From Octopus bimaculoides (Eukaryota): a stretch of DNA of 63,962 nt. Positions 12,681 to 25,504 of the stretch are shown piece by piece. The notes under the pieces are model-generated. The model did no database searches, was not told the origin of the DNA, and worked only from the letters and a program-made list of their open reading frames with translations. Position numbers and translations under genes: made by a program. How positions within the stretch are numbered: the stretch's first letter is position 1; each line of letters begins with the position of its first letter. The DNA lies in contig NC_068983.1 of assembly GCF_001194135.2 (NCBI RefSeq), positions 138,443,621 to 138,507,582 of the forward strand, written 5' to 3'.

Positions 12681-14939
12681 AGCTACCCTAAATTTGAAAA
12701 GTTAAAATGCTGTTAACGTTTTATTTATTAATTTATGGCAAAAATGAATTTCATTTCCATAATTAACATCAAAATACTACAATACACCAAATTTGAAATG
12801 AAATGGAATAAAATTAGAGGAATTGAAAGGTGTGAGCCAAACAGAAACGAGCTTTTCAAGCAATGAAAACACTTTCTTGCATTCATCCCTCAATAAGGAT
12901 TCAGTGTTCACTAAATGCTTAAATTACGCTGAAAGAATAAATAATTTTACTTTTGTTAACATCAGTTTAGACATCTCTAACATGTACAATTAAAAAGGAT
13001 AACTTTTTATTGACGAGAGAATATATTAAAAAGAAAATTCAAAGTGAATGGTAGAGAGTAGGACAAAAAGTGGTGTTAAAACACACACACTGAGAGAGAG
13101 AAACAGAAAGAGAGTGAAAGAGAGATAAAGAGAAAGAGTGAGAGATAGAGATAGAGATAGAGTCACTTGCAAAAACTCACGTATTTTCACATACAGAGAT
13201 ATACCATGTAATACACAAATATATCATGCAAATGCACAGACAGCAAATCAGCCAAATACACTCGAGATGCTGGAAATAGAATCCATATCGCTTTCCAGTC
13301 ACGCACGCAAACAAATTAGAATCATGCACAGTACACATTTCAAGATTATTTTCCATTTACCCAACTCAAGTCACCCTCTCTCATTAACTCACGAATATAG
13401 AAGATTTCTCTCACAGAGTCACACGAACCGCTCAGACAAATACACTAGAGACTCTAGAGATAGTAGCCAATTGCATACATACGTACACGGTTGCGCCTGT
13501 ACGCATATATGTTTGTGTGGGGGCTATTTCAGTAGTAATATAGTTTGTTTGTCTTTCATTAAATAATAACATTTGGAAAATTGATATTAGCTAGCCCTGT
13601 ACGTGTTGTGAGTTGTATCTCCGACTTAGTGAAATAGGTTAGAATATATGTCATAGGCTTGATATTGGTATGTCTTCAGTATAAAATTATTCCTAGTCAG
13701 TGTTTTAAGTAACACCGTATTAACTATGGTATAACACGAAGTTGAATATGTGTCTGCTACATTAAATTTTACTTTTAAGATATATATTGAATTAAGATTA
13801 TGTATTTCTGAATTTGCAACAAGGACACAGTTTTATAGGAAAAGATTATAGTGCAGAGAATGAATGAATTCATTAGTTGTATCATAAATAGCAAAGATAA
13901 CCCTTCCCGATATTTGAACACAGAATGTAACGGCAAATAAAGATGTAGAAGTAAGCACCGCTCAATCACCTTGATAAAGATTAAATATTGATATATTTCG
14001 ATCATTAATGTAAGACATGTATATAAATATTGATGGCATACGAAGACAAATACAGAGAAAAAAATACGCAAATACTGACGATCGCACAACACGTACAGAC
14101 ACACAGACACGTACATTCACCCCCCCCCCATACACACGCGTGCGCACGCTCTGATACAAACATACACAAGGACATACTAACAATAATATTCCGAAACGTA
14201 CTAAGGTGCACATTTATAGTTTTGTTGTAGTACTTTTATATTTTTGCCTACTAATATCGATTATATTGCGATAACATACACAATCATATTGAGGTACATT
14301 AATAAGAGATATATTTTCGTATGTAAAACTATACGTTATCCAAGTAAAAAAAAAAAAAAAAGTATTTAGGGATGCGTGTATGATTCCACATCTCTGCACA
14401 CGCGAGTGTTGGTGTAAGTGGGTATATGTGTGTGCATATAGGTATATGTGTGTGCTCGTGTATTATACACATACATATGTATAATATAAAGAAATATGTT
14501 TTTTCCGTGTGTGTATATCATCAATATTTATATACACGTCTTTCATTAAGCATTGTAAGCAATCATCATAAATAAAACCAACCATCCTCAGAATACTTCC
14601 GAGTAGTTATATTCACCATCATCCTCATCATCATCATTGCTCTCATCGCTTTAATCACCGTGGCCATCGTCAACGTCTTCGATGTCGTCAAGCGTCAAGC
14701 ATTCTATCATCAACACCATCCCCATCGTCGTCATCACCACCATGACTACGACTGATATATATATACACATTAACATACCATACAAGCATTAATGTATTTT
14801 TGTGCTTCTTTTTATTCTTGTATGTATATTATTGGTCACATAATTCTTATTTGGCTGCTGTATAAATTTTTTGGCCTATAACCAAATACAAAATCAATAT
14901 ACGCAAACACACGGGCGCGCACACACACACTGTCACATA

Positions 14940-15009
<70 letters not shown>

Positions 15010-15399
15010 TATGCAATCGCATACATACCCACATAATCTTATTTCATTGGGCATTCTCAGCTACTTCATCCTCACACACTTCCCCCATATCTTCGTCATT
15101 ACCGTCTTTGTTCTTATTGTTAGTGTTGTTATTGATGCTGATCTTGCTATATATGTTGTTGCTTTTATTGCTATTTTTTTTAACGTTTTTCCTTGTTGTT
15201 TGTATTCTTTATGTTGTTTCTATTACTGCTGTCCATCTTTGGCAGCAGACTTCACTTACTTTAGTGGTGTGCTTGAGAAAAACATACACGACGTATCTTA
15301 CTTCTTCCCTGATTTCCAATAAATGTAAAGAAACTCCAAATATACTTGAAAATAAGTGGGTTCATCAGCACATGGTTGTCGTCGCTATCCCCAGCATGG

Positions 15400-15539
15400 T
15401 TATCTTCTACCCATTTTATGAGGTCCGAGTGTGTATGATACAGGTGACATAGATAAAAGTCCAGCCTCTGCAGTTTCTCGTTTACAATTACATGATGTTG
15501 GATATTTGTTGAGAGTAGTGAGTAGCTTACTTCTACAAT
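15400..15539 (-). CDS. Candidate terminal coding exon, unknown product
   Basis: Strong acceptor ttatttatttatattttcag| at 15540. One frame reads xCRSKLLTTLNKYPTSCNCKRETAEAGLLSMSPVSYTLGPHKMGRR* with AATAAA at 15169-15164. An alternative frame is open for 79 codons to a GAA|gtaaga donor at 15301. Confidence 0.4.
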
Positions 15540-15972
15540 CTGAAAATATAAATAAATAATATTTTCTGTTTCACAAATGAGGGAAATAGAACTCAGTATA
15601 GTATATATATTTAGAACAGAATCATGAAAAATTATTTATTGCACATATTTGGTACTTTCTATGCTTCTTGTATTTCATTTGTTGAATGTTTTTTGAGATG
15701 AGGGTACTTTTATTAATATAAAACATCAGTTCCATTAGTTATCCCAAGTCATGCAGTTTCCTTATACAGAACTTGGATTTGGTGAAAGAGTTCTATTCTA
15801 GGAAAGATAGATCTCAGTTTCATTGGTTGACTCATTAGAGCGTCGGAAGAATGCCTTGTAACATTTGTTTCGGCATTTTACGTTCTGAATTTTATACCTC
15901 TGGAGTCGTAAAGAATTGATACCAATTAAAACCTGTTTCCTCTATCATCGATTAACACCTACTTCCTCTTAA

Positions 15973-16263
15973 CCCATTACCTACCAGTGATCTCATAAGA
16001 GATCACTTAAATATTACAAATTTCGTAATTATCTGTCAATATTTACACATATCTAACCTTTTTGCTATATCTACTAGGTATATTTCTCTGATATTCAAAT
16101 GAGGTTTGCTAATTTTTCACCCAATATCTCGCTAATTTCTATTTAAAATGTTATTTTGAAATGTTATTTTGATCATTCCAGCGTGTTTCTAAGGCTGATT
16201 TATGCTAGAAATCAAAGTTTCATAAAACAAATTCCAGTCAATAGAATTATGGGAGGTAATGGG
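15973..16263. mobile_element. Non-autonomous piggyBac-like element (MITE), 291 bp
   Basis: TTAA duplicated at 15969-15972 and 16264-16267; TIR CCCATTACCT/AGGTAATGGG; internal hairpin agtgatctc-ataa-gagatcact at 15986-16007. Confidence 0.8.
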
Positions 16264-17124
16264 TTAAGAATTGCTGGTCTTTTTGTCTAAATCGTAAACC
16301 ATATAATGTGCTTATCCTACAGTTTCGTTCTGTGCTTTTGTCATGTTAAGTTGAGTGAGGTTCTCATATTGTCGGTAATGTTTGCAGTTTCAAATTGTCG
16401 ACCATAGGTATATGTTTAATACGTGAGAGACACAATTTTCTCTTGTGCAAAGATGGCAAAAACGTTTCCAATGCTTCTATTAAGACACAGTCCATTATAT
16501 TCATTTGTATAGCACTTCAGTAATGCTCAAGTAGGATTGACTGTCAATACCAATGTCTGATTTGGCTTTTATGATATTTCACTTGATCGGCATTGTTTGC
16601 TACTATTTTTAACGGTCCATGTTCGCGCAACATTTAACAGAGTAGATAAACATACCAGAAACCTTAAAAAATAACAAAACAAAAGAATTACAGCAAACCA
16701 GACATCAGCATTGATAAAGCCTTACAGAGGCAATTATATATTTACCAATAATAATCACAAACGCATAAGTTCACAGATGAGCTACAAATGACCTAAGCGA
16801 CTTATGAATTCGTTTGCAAACGGTAAGTTGTAAACTTGATGTTTTAGTGATCATAAAAGAACAACTGTCACTAATAATATCCTACAAAAAACTTAATATC
16901 TGTTCATAAATAATGAGCCACAAGCCCACAAGCACGCATATAAGCTACAGGGTAATTTAAGTGTGGCTGCAAATGAGTAAGTTATAAATTTCACGCTTCC
17001 ACGAATTATAGTCGCCATCAGACTACAGCAACCACGCGCTAACCCACGGTTTATTTACAAAGAATAATTCCAATTCATTATTACCTCATATCAGAAAAAC
17101 TGAACTAGAAAGGAAAACATTATT

Positions 17125-17164
<40 letters not shown>

Positions 17165-17464
17165 CAATACGGAGCAAATAATTGGCGAGAAAAATAATTC
17201 ACGAAAATATTATTTGCGAAGTTACCATTGACTCTGTTATTATCTAGTGTAACTCTGTTATTATCTAGCGTTGTTATCTCTGTTATTATCCTTTTCTATG
17301 TATAGGGTTAAACTCAACTATCTCTGTCAGTCATATAAGAAAAACCGTTGAAAAGTAAGTGTCACGAGAAATCAGCAGAATCAAATAATATAAACAGTAA
17401 GAAAAAGCAACTGAAAAAACTGAAATGGGTCCATTAGATCAATTGGTCGACAGAAGGCTAAGTA

Positions 17465-17700
17465 TATATGAGCATGTCTAGATATATATATATATGCATG
17501 AGAAGACATATATAAAACAACACGAACAAATCTGCACATATACATACATACATACATACATGCATACATACATACACACATACAAAACTACACTGTTGTT
17601 GATGTTGAAATTCCAATGAAAGAAACTTGGATCTTGGTTAGGAAATGTCTCTTTCTCTATTTAACAAGAAATCTTGGAATGAAACAGAATAATGACATAC
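17465..17700. repeat. Interspersed repeat, copy 1 (internal and terminal (TACA)n)
   Basis: Shares gttgatgttgaaattccaatgaa..ggatct..caagaaatcttg..gaataatgacatac and the upstream catgtc..tatgcatgaga segment with 22915-23090. Confidence 0.75.
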
Positions 17701-17829
17701 ATACATACATACATACATACATACATACATACACACACAGACCCATACATACATACCTGTATGCGTGTGGATGCATACATACATACATACATACATACAT
17801 ACACAGATACAGAAAACATGCATATTAAA

Positions 17830-17873
<44 letters not shown>

Positions 17874-18109
17874 CTATGTAAATTTGTGTAAATTTATCTA
17901 TGTAAATTTATTCCTTCTCTGAATACATTGTAACATTGCTAACTGAACAAAGTAATACATATGATGTGTATTTATTGCTTAAAGAACTTTCACGAGTCCT
18001 GAAAAACTTTTTTAGAAAAATGTACCTATATCTTATATTTCAAAGTAATATATAAATATTTAATAAAGAAAACGTATTCATCATTCAGCATTTTATCAGA
18101 AAACATATA

Positions 18110-18480
18110 CCTTCCTGTCGTGTACAAAGTGAACTAAATTTACGACAACATCAACGTGACTATCGATTATCCATCGAAACACCTCAATAAAAGATTACCA
18201 TTTGCAGATACGGAACTATGGCTAGAAATTATGTGTGTTAGTAACCAAACCTTTCACTTGCATTATATGAAACAAATTGCTGTTAAGCATCTGGACGCTA
18301 GATGTCTGCTATGACAACAAATGCAAAAAACAAAGCGTTTTAACATTTGACATAGTAAAGATAATAAAAAATGTATTTGTGTCCCCACTGTAAACTGAAG
18401 AAACGTCCAAAATTTCATCTATTCCATGTAATTCTACGGATAATATTAGCGAGTTCGAAAGAGAGTGTATAGAGAATCCA
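18110..18480 (+). mobile_element. Penelope-like RT C-terminal remnant
   Basis: TIDYPSKHLNKRLPFADTELWL..KQSVLTFDIVKIIKN resembles the PLE RT thumb (TxDYPS..LPFLDT). Confidence 0.55.
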
Positions 18481-19496
18481 AGAACAAATTTGAAACCAAC
18501 ATCAGTGATGACTTAAATTGAGTGTGCCTCAAGTAAATGCTCAAATTGTGGAAGTTTGTAACAAAAAAAGAAGTAGGATGACAAAAAATTATTAGTATAA
18601 AAAGAAACAAACGTCAATATGTGATATTTATCCATACTATACCCAGACAGGAACTAGCCTACAACTACAGCTTTACAAAAGCATTAAAAGAAATAAAACT
18701 TGAAATCAAGTAGTAGAGAAAACACAAAGTCTCATTTGTAAATCATACCCATTTATGCAAAAGAAACATATTACTATAACAATTTTAGTGTTTACAATCA
18801 ACTCAAAGTTAAACTGCTAAGCAAGAAATTCATTATAGCATATGAGATGCTTAGAAATGTAAATAGTCGCAAGTCTCAGAGCCTCTGAAGGGGGAACAGT
18901 GTGTAGCTTAGATGAAAAATTTGTAGTACATTGGCGAGAATAGAATGAAAAGACGCTAACATCCATAATCTATGAATAAGCTGTACTGATATACGATGGA
19001 TCAATAAAAGAATGTTGAAGTAAATGTTCTTTTCACATATACAAAGATACTCAATTAAGACAGATTACAGAAGGTGTGAGAATAGAGGAAGCAGATACTG
19101 ACCTCTACATGCTCCAAAGAAAGCAATGGCGGAGTAATGATGCCTGATTAACCACAACTAACCACCATAGCCAAAGAAGCATAAAGATACAAGAAATGTA
19201 AAACTGAATAAAATCAACCTCATCACATTCATACATGTTCATGCTCACAGCTAGAAAAGGAAGTAAATAAACAAAGGTACACAATAACTTTACCACGTCA
19301 TCAGTTCACATGGATGCCATAAAAGTGTATCATAGCAGGAACCTAAAATCAAAAATCCGAATCAGTATGAAATTTGTCCGTTGAGAAGGTCACGGGAATA
19401 TTCTACCCGAGAATATCTGGGAAAATACAGACAAAAGCAAAAGACGACTACTGTTGGTATTCAAAGACTAACACGATATGGCTCCATCTTACCTAT

Positions 19497-19723
19497 TTAT
19501 TTACTGGCCACAAGGGGCTATACACAGAGGGGACAAACAAAGACAGAAAAACGGATTAAGTCGATTATATCGACCCCAGTGCATAACTGGTACTTATTTA
19601 ATCGACCCCGAAAGGATGAAAGGCAAAGTCGACCTCGGCGGAATTTGAACTCAGAACGTAACGACAGACGAAATACCGCTAAGCATGTCGCCCGGCGTGC
19701 TAACGTTTCTGCCAGCTCGTCGC
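19497..19723 (-). mobile_element. tRNA-derived SINE (family A), near full length
   Basis: Reverse complement reads gagctggcagaaacgttagcacgccggg..gagttcaaattccgccgaggtcgactttgcctttcatcctttcggggtcg; B-box-like GAGTTCAAATT; many copies in the window. Confidence 0.9.
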
Positions 19724-19848
19724 ATTTGGCTCCATCTTACCTACTTACCTTCCTACCTACCTACCTACCTCTATATATCTATGTACGTATGTGTATCTAG
19801 TATCTGTGTATGTCTATGCGTGTGTACACATCAGCACACACACACAAG

Positions 19849-19893
<45 letters not shown>

Positions 19894-20227
19894 NNNNNNN
19901 NNNNNNNNNNNNNNNNNNNNNNNNNNNNNNNNNNNNNNNNNNNNNNNNNNNNNNNNNNNNNNNNNNNNNNNNNNNNNNNNNNNNNNNNNNNNNNNNNNNN
20001 NNNNNNNNNNNNNNNNNNNNNNNNNNNNNNNNNNNNNNNNNNNNNNNNNNNNNNNNNNNNNNNNNNNNNNNNNNNNNNNNNNNNNNNNNNNNNNNNNNNN
20101 NNNNNNNNNNNNNNNNNNNNNNNNNNNNNNNNNNNNNNNNNNNNNNNNNNNNNNNNNNNNNNNNNNNNNNNNNNNNNNNNNNNNNNNNNNNNNNNNNNNN
20201 NNNNNNNNNNNNNNNNNNNNNNNNNNN

Positions 20228-20291
<64 letters not shown>

Positions 20292-22344
20292 TCTACTTTC
20301 TCAAGGAAGAAGCCATTGAACGAATCGAGTAAAGGTTTGTATTTATTTAACAAAACATATCTTTTCTCGCGACTCAAAGTTTATGCATCTACCGCTTAAA
20401 GATAAAAAGTGGGGATAGAATGAGCGTGAAATCGGAATTGCATAAAAATCAAATTCAGTTTCTCTCCCTCTCTTTCTCCTTCCCTCTATCTATCTGTTCT
20501 CTCTCTCTCTATCTGTCCTCTCTCTCTCTATCTGTCCTCCCTCTCTCTCTATCTGTCCTCTCTCTCTCTATCTCTCTCTTCATGTCTAGAGGGAGAATGA
20601 CAGATGGAAATAGACAGAGAGACAGAGACAAAGAAGCGTAAATCCTCATTACGGATTTTCAGCGGAGTAAGATACTTCAACGAAGACCTCTGTGATATAC
20701 TCATCATAATTAAACCCGACTCTGCAAGCATGGGTATGTTTCCCGAAGATTTGAAGAAGACAGTAACACTGACGTGAAATGCAGACTCATTGGACTCCTG
20801 ACCACTATATCACTTCACACTTCGAAGACTATGCATTTGTAATCCAAGAAAAGGAAATTGCTAACAAATCAAAACAAAAACAAATAAATAAATGAGACAG
20901 ATATATATNNNNNNNNNNACAAGATTGCCTCTGTGAGGAGGTATGATTTTCCTCCAAAACGTAGGGGTTAGAAGAAATTTATAGTCTTAATATGGAAATT
21001 AAAATAAATGGGATAATGGAAGGGATTAGTCACTAGCTTGCACCAATCCGGCTCTGATCGGTAAGAATTAAAATCAATGATGTTACAGATCTGATTGTCG
21101 GTTTTTATTTCCAATCATCTATCTAGAACTACATTATCCAAAGTGTTCTTCGTTTTAAGAGGAAAGTTGAGTGAGAATTGGCTTAAATTTCATAGCAGCG
21201 GTGCTTGGTTTCACTTCACTCGAATACACATACATACATACATACGTATAGCTTACATACTTACATACATACACATATACATACATACGTATGTACGTTC
21301 TAACATACATGCATACGTACATATACTTATATATGTATGTACAGTATATATATATATANNNNNNNNNNNNNNNNNNNNNNNNNNNNNNNNNNNNNNNNNN
21401 NNNNNNNNNNNNNNNNNNNNNNNNNNNNNNNNNNNNNNNNNNNNNNNNNNNNNNNNNNNNNNNNNNNNNNNNNNNNNNNNNNNNNNNNNNNNNNNNNNNN
21501 NNNNNNNNNNNNNNNNNNNNNNNNNNNNNNNNNNNNNNNNNNNNNNNNNNNNNNNNNNNNNNNNNNNNNNNNNNNNNNNNNNNNNNNNNNNNNNNNNNNN
21601 NNNNNNNNNNNNNNNNNNNNNNNNNNNNNNNNNNNNNNNNNNNNNNNNNNNNNNNNNNNNNNNNNNNNNNNNNNNNNNNNNNNNNNNNNNNNNNNNNNNN
21701 NNNNNNNNNNNNNNNNNNNNNNNNNNNNNNNNNNNNNNNNNNNNNNNNNNNNNNNNNNNNNNNNNNNNNNNNNNNNNNNNNNNNNNNNNNNNNNNNNNNN
21801 NNNNNNNNNNNNNNNNNNNNNNNNNNNNNNNNNNNNNNNNNNNNNNNNNNNNNNNNNNNNNNNNNNNNNNNNNNNNNNNNNNNNNNNNNNNNNNNNNNNN
21901 NNNNNNNNNNNNNNNNNNNNNNNNNNNNNNNNNNNNNNNNNNNNNNNNNNNNNNNNNNNNNNNNNNNNNNNNNNNNNNNNNNNNNNNNNNNNNNNNNNNN
22001 NNNNNNNNNNNNNNNNNNNNNNNNNNNNNNNNNNNNNNNNNNNNNNNNNNNNNNNNNNNNNNNNNNNNNNNNNNNNNNNNNNNNNNNNNNNNNNNNNNNN
22101 NNNNNNNNNNNNNNNNNNNNNNNNNNNNNNNNNNNNNNNNNNNNNNNNNNNNNNNNNNNNNNNNNNNNNNNNNNNNNNNNNNNNNNNNNNNNNNNNNNNN
22201 NNNNNNNNNNNNNNNNNNNNNNNNNNNNNNNNNNNNNNNNNNNNNNNNNNNNNNNNNNNNNNNNNNNNNNNNNNNNNNNNNNNNNNNNNNNNNNNNNNNN
22301 NNNNNNNNNNNNNNNNNNNNNNNNNNNNNNNNNNNNNNNNNNNN

Positions 22345-22380
<36 letters not shown>

Positions 22381-22914
22381 ATACTTAGTCTTTCTTTATA
22401 CTGTCCTGTACTCTTTGAAGTCTCATATCTACCTCACGTTTTCTTTAAAGATGGAACTAGTAACTTCCATCATTTTTTACCTTGTGTTCTCCTTGATATT
22501 CTACAATGGACCTGCTAACGGATATTATCGTCTACTAAGGATTTCCCTAATACTTCAACCATGGAACTATCAACCGATAACATATTTTTACTTTGGGCAC
22601 TTAGTTGTTCAACGAAGTAGAAACTCTTAATATCCTTCTTTAAGGCTATTTATTTATTAATTCTCTCTCGCTCTCTCTCCCGCTCTCTCTCTCTCTCTCG
22701 CTCTCTCCTGAGACAGAATACATAGCCTACTTAGAAATCCTTGCTCGATAACTCGTGCTTTACCTGCTTAGCTATTTTAAGAAGAGCTGTAAGAGATTTT
22801 ACCTGTCTAGCATAACTACTCTTCACTGTTTAAGTTATAAGTTATGAATTAGAGGCCCTAAAGTTATACCACATGTTTTACTTGGCTCTTCTCTGTTTCT
22901 AATCATACATTCAT

Positions 22915-23090
22915 GCCTATGAACATGTCCAGATATGCAAGAATATGCATGAGAGGTCATACATACATACATACCGTTTTGTTGATGTTGAAATTCCAAT
23001 GAAGGAGCCATGGATCTCGGTGAGAAACCGGCTCTTCCTCTATTGGCAAGAAATCTTGAAATAAAACTGAATAATGACATACGTACATAC
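22915..23090. repeat. Interspersed repeat, copy 2 (see 17465-17700)
   Basis: Direct sequence similarity to copy 1; ends in (TACA)n. Confidence 0.75.
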
Positions 23091-23115
23091 ATATACATGT
23101 ATATATATACATGTA

Positions 23116-23192
<77 letters not shown>

Positions 23193-23344
23193 GCCCATGT
23201 GTACGTTTACATATACAATATGAAGTATTTCTGCCTCGTTTTATTTATACATGTTTTTGTCACGCCTTGCTCTTTTATTTTATCTGTCTTCAAGTCTCGA
23301 ACATGATTTTCTATTTGCTAACACGTACTTACAAAGCATTAATT

Positions 23345-23413
<69 letters not shown>

Positions 23414-24019
23414 GTAGTATAATCTCCATTTAGAAGTAACAATATTCTTTTATCATTACTACTTCTTCATTCGTTAAATTTATAATAGACGAAAAAAACA
23501 AAAACAAAACAAAACAGTTTTACTTATACATATGTATATGTCTTAAGTTGTCGATGTTCTGCATTGTCTGATTTTTCAAAAAATACAATTCTAGACTCAA
23601 TATATTAAAGAAATATATATAATGAATATTCAGAGCTATATGTGTTAAATATAGCAAAATCGAATTACGTTAAAATCGTGTTAGAACTTATTGTAGCTAT
23701 TTAAAACACAAATACAATGTTATCTATACTTAGACTTTAATATCATTTTGTAATAATAGCGCATATTCTTTATTGTAGATGGCGTTCTTCTTGCAACTTT
23801 TAGAGTGAATAATTAATCATTTCTTGGATTTACTTGTTTGGTACTCATTCACATATAAAATATAATGACCAGATAAAGATTACGTAAATGTTACTGTAAC
23901 ATCATGTGGATATTTTTACTGGATTCATTAATTCTGCCACGTTATATATATATATATATATACATATATGGTACGTTTGGTACATTTACAAATATTTCAA
24001 ATATATATTTATAGATATT

Positions 24020-24215
24020 CTTTCATTCTTTTATTCATTTGAATACGGCAATGCTGGAGCACCGCCTTTAGTCGAACAGATCGACCCCAGGACGTATTCT
24101 TTGCGAGCCTGGTACTTATTCTATCGGTTCACTTTTGCCGAACCACTATGTTACGGGGACGTAAACAAACCAACATCGGTTGTCAAGCGATGGTGGGCGG
24201 AGCAAACACTGACAC
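24020..24215 (+). mobile_element. Second SINE-like interspersed repeat
   Basis: atgctggagcaccgcc..tcgaccccagg..gccgaacc..gttacggggacgtaaac; a partial related copy lies at ~34235-34266. Strand is as written; true orientation is uncertain. Confidence 0.6.
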
Positions 24216-24225
24216 ACAAACCTAT

Positions 24226-24256
<31 letters not shown>

Positions 24257-24278
24257 CACACACACACACACACCCACA

Positions 24279-24313
<35 letters not shown>

Positions 24314-24609
24314 CCAAACAGCATGCACCATACTACAATGATGCGCTAACTAGGGCCGGAAATAGAGGAAAACCAAGTTTGAAAATAACGGAACACCAAA
24401 TAACAATAACACAAACGCAAATAAGGTAGAATACACAGATAACATGAATGACATCAACAAACGACTAACAATAAAACAGGGAAAACCTGAGGAACAAAGG
24501 AAAGATAGGAGGAAAACAGATATAACCCAAAAGGACTGAAGAAATTGGAATACAGACGCACATAATCACAACACACACACAAAATAAATGGAAGGAATCA
24601 AATAAAAGG

Positions 24610-25250
24610 TACAAAAATTCGGAAGTTCTATGGTATAATCCAATTTTTGGACTCCAAATATCGTCCAATGTTGGTAAGCAATTCATTGCAGCATTAAATA
24701 GATGCTTCTCTATAACACATAAATACTAACGTTTATTCAACAAGCACACAGTGAAAATATCGTATGCAACATCTTACAACATGGATGGAGTACTACATAC
24801 ATGAATACAACAACCAGAAATTAAACATACAACGTCTCCTGGCAGAGAACAAACAAATCAAAATTTAACACCAATAGCAAAAATAAACAACAGATAGATT
24901 GCAAAAACTCAAAATACATAAAAGACAATGTCTATAAAGTTGAAATGTATCATCAAAAAAGATCTAACAAAAAAAATTGCCGATTCAACAAGGCTTCGAG
25001 TGCTAGCAATCAAACGGAACATCATGAAAACAGAATCAAAAGGCCGCCAGATAAACATAGAAATAATAAGAATACGAATAACTGCACATGCCTTAGAAAA
25101 TCCACCTGTCCGCACTTGAACCAATGTGTCAAAAAAAAAAAAAAAAAAAAAAAAAACATAGTATATAAATGCGTAATCTCCACATTCCAACAGAAATACG
25201 TGTACATAGGTGCCACGGAAAACCAGTTCAAAGTCCGTTATCCTTTATAT
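24610..25250 (+). mobile_element. Penelope-like linker plus GIY-YIG endonuclease remnant
   Basis: VLWYNPIF..SNVGKQF..LFNKHTVKISY, then [15 protein letters not shown] and [18 protein letters not shown] (Cys linker and GIY-YIG); contains stops and a poly-A expansion. Confidence 0.85.
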
Positions 25251-25400
25251 GTCGTCATTCCGAAAAATATGACCTTTGCTTTGAGAAAGCATTTAATATA
25301 CGGCTTGAGTATCGTTGTGAATGTGTTTGCTGATCGCTATGTGTGGATGTGGGTGTGCATCTGTATATATGTACATATACACCTTATATATATATATATG

Positions 25401-25504
<104 letters not shown>

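Noticed and set aside
13839-13950. Exon-like segment ttttatag|..GTAGAA|gtaagc
   Set aside because: Stops occur in all three frames and the acceptor is weak; at most a non-coding exon.
15415-15435. YTLGPH similarity to galanin YLLGPH
   Set aside because: A six-residue match without the GWTLNSAG N-terminus; the protostome counterpart is of allatostatin-A/buccalin type, so this is probably coincidence.
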